Source of the DNA: Archangium sp.
Lineage (GTDB): Bacteria; Myxococcota; Myxococcia; Myxococcales; Myxococcaceae
DNA: 20,952 nucleotides
Direction: 5' to 3'
Assembly (NCBI GenBank): GCA_031367385.1
Contig: JANLPS010000195.1
Coordinates: forward strand, 1-20,952
Part shown: positions 1 to 9,181 of the stretch, one piece after another
Numbering within the stretch: position 1 is the first letter of the stretch
Layout: each line of letters starts with the position of its first letter
The notes under the pieces: generated by a model
What the model saw: only the letters and a program-made list of their open reading frames with translations
What the model was told of the DNA's origin: nothing
The model's database searches: none
Translations under genes and position numbers: made by a program

Positions 1-765
1 CGAGAGTACGACGGAGGCGCTCGGCACGCCGCCTCGCTCAAGCGAATCAACGTCGATGGGACACTGTCGTTGGCGATGGCGGCGGCTCAAGCGGGGGTAC
101 GGCGGTTCGTCGATGTCTCCAGCGGCGGCATCATCGGCAAGAAGGTCGATGGTTCGGCGGGCGATGAAGAGACGCCCCCCGCGGAGATCGCGACGAGGAA
201 CAGGTACTTCATGAGCAAGTTGGAGGCGGAGAAGGCCCTGAGACCTCGCGCGCAACAGCTCGGCCTCGAAGCGATCTGGATCTTGCCAGGCATGCTCTTC
301 GGCCCCGGCGATGCGGGGCCAACGCCCGCGGGCGCCTTCGTTCGCAACTTCATGCGCGGACTGGGGGTGGTCATTCCTCCCGGGGGCATCGCGGTCGTCG
401 ACTCGCGTGACGTCGCCTCAGCCATCGCACTTGCGCTCGAGCGTGGCCGGCCAGATCAGCGCTACATCGTCAGCGGCCCCCGGGTGTCGATGGCTGAGAT
501 TTGCGGAATTCTCTCGCGTCTGACTGGGCGTCGCCGGCCGTTCAGCATGACCCCGACCGTGTCGCAGCTGGTTGCGTTCGGCGCCGAAGGCCTGGCCCTG
601 ATTTCACGCACCGAGCCGCTCCTGAATCGAATGACGGTGCAGGCCTTAGGGGCAGAGCTCGGGCTCGATGCGAGCAAAGCCACTCGTGAACTCGGAGCGA
701 CGTATCGGCCGCTCGAGGAGTCTCTGAAGGCGACCGTCGATTGGTTCACCGCGAACCCCAGCTGA
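1..765 (+). CDS. NAD-dependent epimerase/dehydratase (extended SDR, dihydroflavonol-reductase/HpnA-like), 5'-truncated by the window edge
   Basis: Frame 1 is open from base 1 (REYDGGARHAASLKRINVDGTLSLAMAA...). It has the extended-SDR motifs NVDGT, RRFVDVSS, catalytic YxxxK (YFMSK), PGxxFGPGD, VDSRDVA, and the C-terminal KATRELGATYRPLEESL. The N-terminal Rossmann GxxGxxG must lie upstream of the window. Confidence 0.85.
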   Translation, partial: REYDGGARHAASLKRINVDGTLSLAMAAAQAGVRRFVDVSSGGIIGKKVDGSAGDEETPPAEIATRNRYFMSKLEAEKALRPRAQQLGLEAIWILPGMLFGPGDAGPTPAGAFVRNFMRGLGVVIPPGGIAVVDSRDVASAIALALERGRPDQRYIVSGPRVSMAEICGILSRLTGRRRPFSMTPTVSQLVAFGAEGLALISRTEPLLNRMTVQALGAELGLDASKATRELGATYRPLEESLKATVDWFTANPS

Positions 766-862
766 CGATTCGGAGCGGCCGCGAGCAGGAATCTGGTGTT
801 TCACCCTCTGGGGGCTAAAACCCACTCAGCTGGCAGCGGTAATCCTGTGGTCGGCGGAGCCC

Positions 863-3800
863 ATGAAAACGTTCGGTGAATATAACTTGAATGGCGAGCT
901 CGGCCGCGGCGCGACCGGCGTTGTGTATCGCGCGACCCGCGCTGACCAAGCCTTCGCGCTCAAGGTGCTGACCTCGACCGGCGACGGAGTCGATGGTCAG
1001 CTGCGTTTTCGACGCGAAGCCGCGGCGCTCTCTCGGCTCAATCACCCCGGGGTCGTTCGCATTCTCGAGGCCGGAGAAGCCGAGGGCAAGAGCTACCTCG
1101 TGATGGAGCTGGTCGATGGAGAGTCGCTCGAGCAGCGGCTCACCCGCGGCCGACTGCCCGCGGCGCGCGCGCTGGCGTTGCTCAAGTCGCTCGCCCGAGC
1201 GCTCACGGAGGTGCACCGGCACGGGTTGGTTCATCGTGACGTCAAGCCCGCCAATGTCATCATCGATGATGCCGATCTCCCGAAGCTGATCGACTTCGGG
1301 TTCGCCGGCGAGGTTCGAACCGACGATGGCTTGTTGGGCACCATGCTGTACGCGGCCCCCGAGGTGATCAGCCCGACCCCGCAGCCTGTCGATGCCCGAG
1401 TCGATCTGTATTCTCTCGGGGTGATCGCCTACGAGGCCCTCACCGGGCGAACTCCCTTTATCGGCGCCGACCTGACCGCTCTGATGGAGGCCCGGGCGCG
1501 GGGAGACTTCCCCCCGGTTCGCAAGCTCAACGGCGAGGTGTCGCCACCCCTCGAAGCGATCGTGCACAAGCTGCTCGCCGCAGACGCCGACGACCGCTAC
1601 CAGTCAGCTGAAGGCCTGTTGGCCGACCTCGATGACCTCGATGGTGTCAGCGAACGGTTCGCGGCGTTGGGCGCCCGTGCGCTCGGTCAGAGAGATCTGC
1701 GGCGCATTTCTCAGCAGGCGGTGCCGCTGGTTGGCCGTGAGCGCGAGCTGAACCTGGTCGCGCAGTGCTGGAAGAACGCGATTTCGACTGCCGGCGGCGC
1801 CGTGTTGATCGAAGGCGAGCCAGGGAGCGGAAAGACGCGTCTGGCGCGAGAGGCCCTGCAGCAGTTGACCGGTACACCCTTGGTTCTGACCGGGCGATGC
1901 AACGAGGCCGACCGGCTGCCCTTCGGCCCGTTGCGCGAGGCGATCGACGAGCAGCTCTCCAGACTGCTGCGGCTCGACGAGGTCGCGCGCGAGGCCGCCC
2001 TGACTCCGCTGCGCAACGCGGCCGGCAACGACAGAGGTCTCGTCGCAAGGCTTTCGCGAGGGCTCGAGCGCGTCTTGAAGCTCGACGACGGCGCGCGCGC
2101 CGAGAGCTCTCCCGAGGCCTTTTACGATGCGCAGGCTCGATTTCTATCGAGCTGGGCCCGGTCGGCGGGGGGGCTGGTGCTGTGGCTCGACGACGTTCAG
2201 TGGGTCGACGCCGCAACCACGGCGGTGTTGGCGCGCTTGGTCGAGTATCTCGAGGGCTCGCCGCTGCTGCTGCTGTTCACCGCTCGCAGCGATCAAGCAA
2301 GCCAGGCCGCACGCGAGCGACTCGTGAAGTTGCTCGGGCCCTCGCTGCGTCACCACTTTCGCTTGAGGCCGCTCGATGAAGAACAGGTTCGTCGGCTGAT
2401 CGACGCCGTGCTTCACCCCAACGCGCTCGACGCTGCGTTTTCAGCGCGGGTCGCCGCGCGGTCTGAGGGCAGCCCCTTCGTCATCGGTCAATACATTCGA
2501 GCCCTGCAAGACCAGCAGGTATTGCGACTCGAGGGCGATTCGTGGGTGCTCGACCAGGCCCGGTTCGAGAAGCTCGAGCTGCCCAGCGATGTGCTCGGGC
2601 TGATGCTTCAGCGGCTGGGCACGCTGCGACCGCAGACGCTCGAGGTGTTGGCCACCGCGGCGGCCATCGGCATGACCTTTCGCGCTGCGTTGGTTTCGGC
2701 GGCGTCGAAGATATCGGCCCGCGAGGTTTCGCTGGCGATCGAAGAAGCCATGCAGGCCAGCCTGGTCGAACCCGATACGCAGGGCGCCTTTGCGTTCGTT
2801 CACTCGCGCATTCGCGACGCGACGCTCGCTTCGAGAACGGCCGCTGGCCGTCAAGACATTCACCAAGCCATCGCCGACGCGCTCGAGGCCAGCGCGCCCG
2901 AAGACGTCTTCGCGCTCGCGCACCATTGTCTGCAGGGCTACCCCGAGCGCAGCCCGCAGCGAACGATGACGGCGTGCCTCGCAGCAGGCACCAAGGCGCT
3001 GGCGACCTACTCCGACGAAGACGCGTGGAACCTGCTGCGTGAAGCGCATCGCGCTGCGGTCTTATTTCGACCCGATGATGAGGGCGGTATCGCGCTCAGT
3101 GAACCGCTCGGCCTGGCCTGCATTCGAACCGGGCGAGTCGGTGACGCCCTGGTGCACCTGCAGCGCGCACTCGCCGCGACCAAGACCCCGCTCGAGGCGG
3201 GTCGCATCTACGCCCACCTGGCGCGGGCCCACAGCGCCCGCATGCATTTCGATGACACCTGGCGCACCTGCCAACAGGGCCTGCGGGTTCTCGGCGCGCC
3301 TTTTCCCCAGTCGCGGGTGGCGCAGGCCCTTGGCACGCTCTGGGAGCTGGCGGTGCTGCTGGTGCTCTCGTTGACCGGCTGGCGATACGGAGCGGCGAAG
3401 GGCGATGAGCTGGCGCGTCGCAAGATTCTCTCGAGCCTCTACGGCATGAGCAGCTTCATCGCGCTGATCGGCATGCGGGTCGGCTTGCTGCGTCAGCTCT
3501 ACCCGCGGCTGTACCGCCAGGTGCATTTCATGGGCGAAGTGCGCGAGTCGATCGAGCCCCTGGCCAGCTTCGCGCTGGTGTTGAGCAGCCTGGGGCTGAT
3601 GAAGCCGGCGCTCAAGCAGGGGTTCAAGGCCCAGCGCATCGCCGAAGACCTGGGTGAGCGCGGCCTGGTCGCGGTCGTGCGACGCAACATCGCCATGGTT
3701 CACAACGTCTGTGGCGACCCGGTTCGCGCGCAGGCGATGGAGCGAGAGCTCTTTCACGACTGGGGCCGATGGCTCGCACCGCGTGAATTCATCACCGCCT

Positions 3801-5845
3801 GCAGTGACCTCGGCATCAACTTGATGCTCCGGGGGTACATGAGTGAGTCGGTCGAGGTGTTTCGCGGGGGGTATCAGCTCGCTGAAGAGCGCGGGCTGAC
3901 CAGCGGCAATGCGAACCACCGTGCGCTCGCGGGCGCGGGGCAGGCGATGCTGGGTGATTTGTCGAATGCCCAGAAGAACAACGCCGAATGCAACCGGCTG
4001 TCGAAGACGATACCCGATGATCACTGGGTGCGAATCGTCGTGGCCGGAGCGAACGTGCTGTACTGCCTCGAGACCGGCGAGCTGGGCGCACCGCTCGAAG
4101 CGGCGATCGCGTCGTTCGAGAGCGCCGGGGTCAAGCCCAAAGACGTGACCTTTCATCTCAAGCCGTATTTCGTCTACGCGACGCTGGCGCGGCTGGCCCA
4201 GCTCGAGCGGGCGTCGGCCGCCGACCGGCCCGCCGCCACCGAGCGACTCAGAAAGATAACCGACGACTTGTTCACCACCGCTCGCACGGCGCCCTTCTTG
4301 GTCTTCGGGCACGTGGCCCGAGCCGCGTTGCACCGCGTGGCGGGCGAATTCAAAGAGGCCTCCGCCCAGCTCGAGCTCGCCACTCAGAAAGAAGTCGCGG
4401 TCGACAGCCCATGGGCGCGCTACGAGATCGCGCGAGAGCGAGCCTGGCTGGCGCGTGCGCAAGGCCAGCGCGACGAAGCAGAGGCGTCATTTCGGGCGGC
4501 GTATGCGCTCTGCCTCCAATTCGGGTGGCGCGCCCGAGCCCGCTGGTTCGAGACCGAGCTGGGCTACAAGGCGACCGAGACCGAGCTGGCCACGACGGCC
4601 GGCAGTGCGGGGTTGTCTTCAGAATACCTCGAGGCGTTGCTCAAAGTGGCGCTCGCCTCGTCGACCGCGCTCGACCCCACCGAGCAGTCGCGCGCCGCGC
4701 TCGACGCGATCGTTCAGGTGCTCGGAGCCGACCGCGCTTTCTTGTTCTTCGCGCGGGGCGAGACGTTCGACTTTCAGGCCGGTCGCGACGCTGCACAAAA
4801 CGATCTGCCCGCCGCCACCGGGTACAGCTCGACGGTGGTCAAGCAGGTGCTCCAGACCCGAGAGCCGCTGGTCGTCACCGGTACCGAAGAGGGCGCGCTG
4901 CTCGGCTCGGCGAGCGCGGTCGCGAACGAGCTGCGGAGCATCGTCGCGGTGCCCTTGATTCACCGCCAGACGTTGCTGGGGGCCATCTATCTCGACAACC
5001 GCATGCTCAAGGGGCTGTTCACCCGAGACCATGTGCGTATCTTGACCGCGATCGCGAATCACGTCGCGATCGCCGTCGAGACCGCTCGTGCCGCCCGCAC
5101 CGAGGCGGCGCGCCGTGAAATGGAGCGCGACCTCGAGCTGGCGGCCACCGTTCAGCAATTCTATCTGCCCAAAGACCTGTCGCATCGCAACGGGGCGCTG
5201 GCGCTCAAGGGGTTCTACCGGCCGGCTCAGCAGTGCAGTGGCGACTGGTGGTGGTACCACGACGATGGCCTCTCACTCTCAGTCGCGGTGGGTGACGTCA
5301 CCGGGCATGGCATTGCGTCTGCGATGGTAGTGGGGTCGGTCGCGAGCAGCTTTCGAATGATGGCCGGCCTGCGTCAGCCTCTGACCCGCGACGCTTTCGC
5401 CCGGGTCGATCAAGACATTCGTACCCTGACCGGTGGCCAATACCTGATGACCATGTTGTCGGTTCGGGTCGACCCGACGACGGGCGGAGGCACCTGTTTG
5501 TCGGCCGGAGCCCCGGCTGCGATCTGGAGGCGTGCCAACGGTGCGATCGAACCGGTGATGCTGCAGGGCAAGCCGCTGGGCAGCGACCAGCTCTCGGTCG
5601 CGGAGGCGCCAATTCAGTTCGCCGCAGGAGATCGCCTGCTGCTCTACACCGACGGCCTGAGCGAAGCGCGCATGCCCGACGGCTCTCAGCTGCGACTCAA
5701 GCGATTGGCGAAGTTCTTCGCGGGGCTGGGCGATTTGCCGCTCGACCAGGCGCACCAGTCATTCGTTGATCAACTCGACAAGGCGCTGGCGGGCACGCTG
5801 CCCGACGATGACCTGACCTTCGTTATGATGGAGTGGAAGCCGTAA
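863..5845 (+). CDS. Multidomain signalling protein: Hanks-type Ser/Thr kinase + AAA/STAND-like ATPase + helical/TPR-like region + GAF + PP2C (SpoIIE/RsbU-type) phosphatase, 1660 aa
   Basis: Kinase motifs LGRGATGVVY, ALKVL, HRDVKPAN, DFG, YAAPE, DLYSLG. Walker A GEPGSGKT (1814-1837) and Walker B LWLDDVQWVD. GAF signature ADRAFLF..YSSTVVKQV..SIVAVPL..GAIYLDN. PP2C motifs SGDWW, GDVTGHG (5291), YTDGLSE, DDLT. GGAG lies just before the ATG. Confidence 0.92.
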   Translation: MKTFGEYNLNGELGRGATGVVYRATRADQAFALKVLTSTGDGVDGQLRFRREAAALSRLNHPGVVRILEAGEAEGKSYLVMELVDGESLEQRLTRGRLPAARALALLKSLARALTEVHRHGLVHRDVKPANVIIDDADLPKLIDFGFAGEVRTDDGLLGTMLYAAPEVISPTPQPVDARVDLYSLGVIAYEALTGRTPFIGADLTALMEARARGDFPPVRKLNGEVSPPLEAIVHKLLAADADDRYQSAEGLLADLDDLDGVSERFAALGARALGQRDLRRISQQAVPLVGRERELNLVAQCWKNAISTAGGAVLIEGEPGSGKTRLAREALQQLTGTPLVLTGRCNEADRLPFGPLREAIDEQLSRLLRLDEVAREAALTPLRNAAGNDRGLVARLSRGLERVLKLDDGARAESSPEAFYDAQARFLSSWARSAGGLVLWLDDVQWVDAATTAVLARLVEYLEGSPLLLLFTARSDQASQAARERLVKLLGPSLRHHFRLRPLDEEQVRRLIDAVLHPNALDAAFSARVAARSEGSPFVIGQYIRALQDQQVLRLEGDSWVLDQARFEKLELPSDVLGLMLQRLGTLRPQTLEVLATAAAIGMTFRAALVSAASKISAREVSLAIEEAMQASLVEPDTQGAFAFVHSRIRDATLASRTAAGRQDIHQAIADALEASAPEDVFALAHHCLQGYPERSPQRTMTACLAAGTKALATYSDEDAWNLLREAHRAAVLFRPDDEGGIALSEPLGLACIRTGRVGDALVHLQRALAATKTPLEAGRIYAHLARAHSARMHFDDTWRTCQQGLRVLGAPFPQSRVAQALGTLWELAVLLVLSLTGWRYGAAKGDELARRKILSSLYGMSSFIALIGMRVGLLRQLYPRLYRQVHFMGEVRESIEPLASFALVLSSLGLMKPALKQGFKAQRIAEDLGERGLVAVVRRNIAMVHNVCGDPVRAQAMERELFHDWGRWLAPREFITACSDLGINLMLRGYMSESVEVFRGGYQLAEERGLTSGNANHRALAGAGQAMLGDLSNAQKNNAECNRLSKTIPDDHWVRIVVAGANVLYCLETGELGAPLEAAIASFESAGVKPKDVTFHLKPYFVYATLARLAQLERASAADRPAATERLRKITDDLFTTARTAPFLVFGHVARAALHRVAGEFKEASAQLELATQKEVAVDSPWARYEIARERAWLARAQGQRDEAEASFRAAYALCLQFGWRARARWFETELGYKATETELATTAGSAGLSSEYLEALLKVALASSTALDPTEQSRAALDAIVQVLGADRAFLFFARGETFDFQAGRDAAQNDLPAATGYSSTVVKQVLQTREPLVVTGTEEGALLGSASAVANELRSIVAVPLIHRQTLLGAIYLDNRMLKGLFTRDHVRILTAIANHVAIAVETARAARTEAARREMERDLELAATVQQFYLPKDLSHRNGALALKGFYRPAQQCSGDWWWYHDDGLSLSVAVGDVTGHGIASAMVVGSVASSFRMMAGLRQPLTRDAFARVDQDIRTLTGGQYLMTMLSVRVDPTTGGGTCLSAGAPAAIWRRANGAIEPVMLQGKPLGSDQLSVAEAPIQFAAGDRLLLYTDGLSEARMPDGSQLRLKRLAKFFAGLGDLPLDQAHQSFVDQLDKALAGTLPDDDLTFVMMEWKP

Positions 5846-5915
5846 GATGTGGGCTTCGCCACGACAGCCCCCCCGGTTCGCGCCTCAACGTCGCTCGATC
5901 ACGACCGAGGTCGAG

Positions 5916-5924
5916 TGCTACCCT
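5916..5924 (+). promoter_or_regulatory. Candidate extended -10 promoter element (TGcTACCCT) for the MDR-FAAL-ACP-PKS operon
   Basis: Matches TGnTAnnnT in the 141-bp gap between the kinase stop and the likely MDR start at 5987. The same pattern recurs upstream of two other genes in the window. Confidence 0.35.
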
Positions 5925-5986
5925 TTATCGGGCATCGAGAGGCGACCGTTGCTCCGATGCATCACCAGAGAGGCCTTTGGAGAGCG

Positions 5987-7141
5987 ATGACATACTCGGC
6001 AGAAGGGTGGTTTCTGTACGCAGGCGAGGCAGGTCGAACCGGCCCCGGCCCTTTGGTGCGCGAGACCTTCGAGATCTCAGCGCTTGGCCCCGAAGAGGTT
6101 CTCGCTGAGCCCCTCTTCGGCTCGTGGGAAGGCAACATGGGCCACGCGGTCGAGCGAAAGCCGATCGACATCTGCGTTGCGCGAAAAGAGCCGAAGGTCA
6201 TCTTGGGCAATTCGGGCGTGGTGCGAATCAAAGAAGTGGGCCGCGACGTGAAGACCGTTCGCCCTGGGCAGAAGGCGATCATCTTCTGCAACGGCGAAGA
6301 AGACTGGTGGGGGTACCCCAAGAAGATACTTGGGTATGACGCCCCAAACACGATGGGGTGCTTGGCCACCAAAATGAAGCTGACTCAGCGGCAGGTGATC
6401 CCGCTCCCAGAGAACACCCGGCACCCGCTCGCCCAGTGGGCCGCGTTCTCGCTGCGATACATCACCGCGTGGTCGAACTGGGAGCTGGCGTATGGCACCT
6501 TTCGGCTGCTGATCAGCCGTGACGAACTGGCGTCGATCAACGTCTGGGGTTGGGGCGGCGGCACCACCTTGGCTGAGCTCGACCTGGCTCGCCGAGAGGG
6601 GCACAAAGCGGTGATGCTGTCATCGACGCCGCGACACCTCGAGGTCATTCGCCAGCTTGGGGTCACCGAGATCGATCGCTCGAAGTTCGGAGAGCTCGGG
6701 TTTGACGAGGCCAAGTACGCCGATGATGCGGGCTACCGAGGCCGCTACCAGGCCGCCGAAAAGCAGTTCTTGGCCGAGGTCGACGAACGAACCACGGGTC
6801 GCGGGGTGCAGATCTTCATTGACTTCGTGGGGGCGCCGGTGTTTCGGGTGAGCCTCAAGGCGCTGGCCCGCGAAGGGGTCATCGCCACCGCCGGGTGGAA
6901 AGACGGCATGAAAACGTCGTCGCTTCGCGCCATCGAGTGCATTGCCCGACATCAACACATTCACACCCACTACGCGCGGTACCCACAAGGGTGGGCCGCG
7001 GTGGCGTTCGCCAACGCCAGCGGGTGGCTGCCGCCCGTCGATGAGCGCGTGTACACCTTCGACCAGGTGCCCGAGCTGGCCGAGCGATACGCCGCCGGCG
7101 AGGTGGGCCTGTTTCCCGTCTTTTCAATCAATGAGCAATGA
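5987..7141 (+). CDS. Medium-chain dehydrogenase/reductase, divergent crotonyl-CoA carboxylase/reductase (CCR/ECR)-like, 384 aa
   Basis: Start moved from GTG 5849 to ATG 5987, which has GGAG at 5979-5982. Segments are collinear with CCR-family motifs: LGPEEVLAEPLFGSWEGN (cf. GPGEALVAVMASSVNYN), ILGNSGVV..VGRDV..VRPGQ, ILGYDAPNTMGCLA (cf. IWGFETNFGGLA), VWGWGGG (cf. IWGASGG), IDRSKFG, HTHYARY..GW (cf. GSHFANY..AW), ERVYTFDQV. Confidence 0.75.
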   Translation: MTYSAEGWFLYAGEAGRTGPGPLVRETFEISALGPEEVLAEPLFGSWEGNMGHAVERKPIDICVARKEPKVILGNSGVVRIKEVGRDVKTVRPGQKAIIFCNGEEDWWGYPKKILGYDAPNTMGCLATKMKLTQRQVIPLPENTRHPLAQWAAFSLRYITAWSNWELAYGTFRLLISRDELASINVWGWGGGTTLAELDLARREGHKAVMLSSTPRHLEVIRQLGVTEIDRSKFGELGFDEAKYADDAGYRGRYQAAEKQFLAEVDERTTGRGVQIFIDFVGAPVFRVSLKALAREGVIATAGWKDGMKTSSLRAIECIARHQHIHTHYARYPQGWAAVAFANASGWLPPVDERVYTFDQVPELAERYAAGEVGLFPVFSINEQ

Positions 7142-8922
7142 GCGTGAACCCCATGGCTGACGCCCGAGTCGACCTGACGCTGGCTCGGTATGCCCGTGAG
7201 TGGCCCGGCAAGACGGCGCTGGTCTCGCAAGAGCAGGGCCACCGCCACGTGATGACGTACGCCCAGCTCGAGCTGCGCATTCGGGCCGTAGCCTCGGCGA
7301 TCGCCCAGCAGACGAAGCCCGGAGATCGGGTGCTGTTGATGTTTCCGCAGGGGCGGCACTTCATCGAGGCCTTCTTCGGGTGCTGGCTTGCCGGGGTGAC
7401 GCCGGTGCCGGTACCGCCGCCCGATGTGAGTCGAGCTGAAAAGACGCTCCCGCGGCTATTGGCGATCGCGCAGGCTGCCCAGCCGAGCGCCGTGCTCTCG
7501 GTCTCGGCCATTCACGAGCTCGCTCCGAAGGTGCTCCCGGCCGCTTCGAGCTTGCGCAGAGTGCCCTGGGTCGATGTCGATCAGGTGGGCGATGCCCCAC
7601 TTGATCGCGAACGCCCCGCCTCCGGGGTGGCGCTGATTCAATTCACGTCTGGTTCGACCGGAGCGCCGAAGGGCGTGGTGGTGACGCCGCAGAACATCGT
7701 GGTCAACATCGGCATGATCGCCGACCACCAGGTGATGGGTGCGCACAGCACAGTCGTCAGCTGGCTGCCCCAATTTCACGACATGGGGCTGATCGCTTCG
7801 ACCGTTGCCACGCTGGCGTTGGGCGCGACGCTGGTGCAGATCTCGCCGCTCGATTTTCTCAAGCGGCCGCGCCTCTGGCTCGAGCTGGTCACCGAATTCA
7901 AGGGCACGCACGGAGGCAGCCCGAACTTCGGGTACGACTTGTGCGTGCGAAAGATACCCACCCAAGACCTGGCCGGGCTCGACCTCTCGTCGTGGGGTTG
8001 TGCGTACAACGGCGCCGAGCCGGTGCGGTGGGCGACGCTCGATCAATTTCGCAAACACTTCGCCCCGGTGGGTTTCTCGTCGAGCGCGGTGTTGCCTTGC
8101 TACGGCATGGCAGAGGCGACGCTCTTCGTCTGCGGTCAGCACCACCGAGATCGCGCTCCCGCCCCGTTGTCGGCGAGCAAACAGGCCCTTGGTCAGGGCC
8201 GCTTCGCCCCACCCGCGTCGCCCGAAGATGAAATGCGGCTGGTCTCGTGCGGGGCTTCGCCCGAGAATTCAGTGGTTGAGGTCGTCGACCCGGCCGGCGA
8301 GGTCTTGCCCGAGGGGGTCATCGGAGAGGTGTGGAATTCGGGCCCCCACATCGGCGCGGAGTACTTCAACTTGAAGAGCGACACCTTCAGCGGCCGATTG
8401 GCGAAGTGGCCCGGCAAGGCCTTCTTGAAGACCGGTGATCTGGGAATGCGCGTGGGCGGCGAGCTCTTCGTCACCGGGCGATTGAAAGATCTGATCATCG
8501 TGCGGGGCGTCAACCTGTTTCCCTCCGACATCGAGGCGGTGGTGTCGGGGTTGCCGTTCGTGCGACCGGGCTGTGTCGCGGCGGTGTCGATTGACACCGA
8601 GTCGGGTGAGGGCATGGCCATCATCGCCGAGGTCGAGCGCCGGCATCACGAGCGCCGCTCGGGCCTGTCAGACGCGGAGTACATCAACATGCGAAAAGGC
8701 GAGCGCCGCAACGACGAGGCCCCGCTCGAGCGCGCTCCGGGTGAGCTTGAGCTCGCAGCAGTCGAGTCGAGTATTCGCACCACGGTGGCGAAGGCCTTTG
8801 GTGTGGTACCGCAAGTGGTGCTGATTCAGGCGGGCACCCTCACCAAGACCACGAGCGGTAAGGTCGGCCGGCTCGAGGCGAGGCGGCAACTCCTGAGCAA
8901 TGAGCTGCTCCGAATCTCATGA
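7138..8922 (+). CDS. Fatty acyl-AMP ligase (FAAL), 594 aa
   Basis: Motifs QFTSGSTGAPKG, WLPQFHDMGLI, PNFGYDLC, NGAEPV, CYGMAEATL followed by a FAAL-type insertion before LVSCG, FLKTGDLG, GRLKDLII, KTTSGK. ATGA overlap with the upstream gene, and followed directly by an ACP. Confidence 0.92.
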   Translation: MSVNPMADARVDLTLARYAREWPGKTALVSQEQGHRHVMTYAQLELRIRAVASAIAQQTKPGDRVLLMFPQGRHFIEAFFGCWLAGVTPVPVPPPDVSRAEKTLPRLLAIAQAAQPSAVLSVSAIHELAPKVLPAASSLRRVPWVDVDQVGDAPLDRERPASGVALIQFTSGSTGAPKGVVVTPQNIVVNIGMIADHQVMGAHSTVVSWLPQFHDMGLIASTVATLALGATLVQISPLDFLKRPRLWLELVTEFKGTHGGSPNFGYDLCVRKIPTQDLAGLDLSSWGCAYNGAEPVRWATLDQFRKHFAPVGFSSSAVLPCYGMAEATLFVCGQHHRDRAPAPLSASKQALGQGRFAPPASPEDEMRLVSCGASPENSVVEVVDPAGEVLPEGVIGEVWNSGPHIGAEYFNLKSDTFSGRLAKWPGKAFLKTGDLGMRVGGELFVTGRLKDLIIVRGVNLFPSDIEAVVSGLPFVRPGCVAAVSIDTESGEGMAIIAEVERRHHERRSGLSDAEYINMRKGERRNDEAPLERAPGELELAAVESSIRTTVAKAFGVVPQVVLIQAGTLTKTTSGKVGRLEARRQLLSNELLRIS

Positions 8923-9167
8923 GAGCCCGAAAAGACATCGAGCGGTGGTTGTGCGAGGCGGTCGCCGCGATCAGCGGTCAGCAGGCCGCTGATATCGACC
9001 CCCGGGTCGAGTTCGCCGCGTATGGCGTCGACTCTGCGAGCGCCATCGTGATGGCAGGAGACCTCGAGCGGTGGCTGGGCGTACCGGTCGACGGCACCGC
9101 GCTGTTCGAGCACCCATCGATTGACCGTCTGATTGTTCATCTCATGACCCCGCCGGCCGGGCGCTGA
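8919..9167 (+). CDS. Stand-alone acyl carrier protein, 82 aa
   Basis: YGVDS phosphopantetheinylation motif, DIDP..F, LERWLG, LFEHPSI, typical of FAAL-partner ACPs. ATGA overlap with the FAAL stop. Confidence 0.92.
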   Translation: MRARKDIERWLCEAVAAISGQQAADIDPRVEFAAYGVDSASAIVMAGDLERWLGVPVDGTALFEHPSIDRLIVHLMTPPAGR

Positions 9168-9181
9168 CGAAGCGGTTGACC

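Noticed and set aside
830..848. Possible sigma54 promoter (CTGGCAGCGGTAATCCT) upstream of the large kinase
   Set aside because: The -24 TGGCA is present but the required -12 GC is absent (ATCC).
3062..4462. 466-aa antisense ORF inside the large kinase gene, and similar ones such as 815-1567, 12578-13426 and 13874-14644
   Set aside because: Shadow frames expected from GC-rich codon bias. They have no recognisable motifs and fully overlap well-supported genes.
5849..5986. 46-aa N-terminal extension of the MDR from GTG 5849
   Set aside because: No family resemblance. ATG 5987 has a GGAG SD, and the region holds a promoter-like motif.
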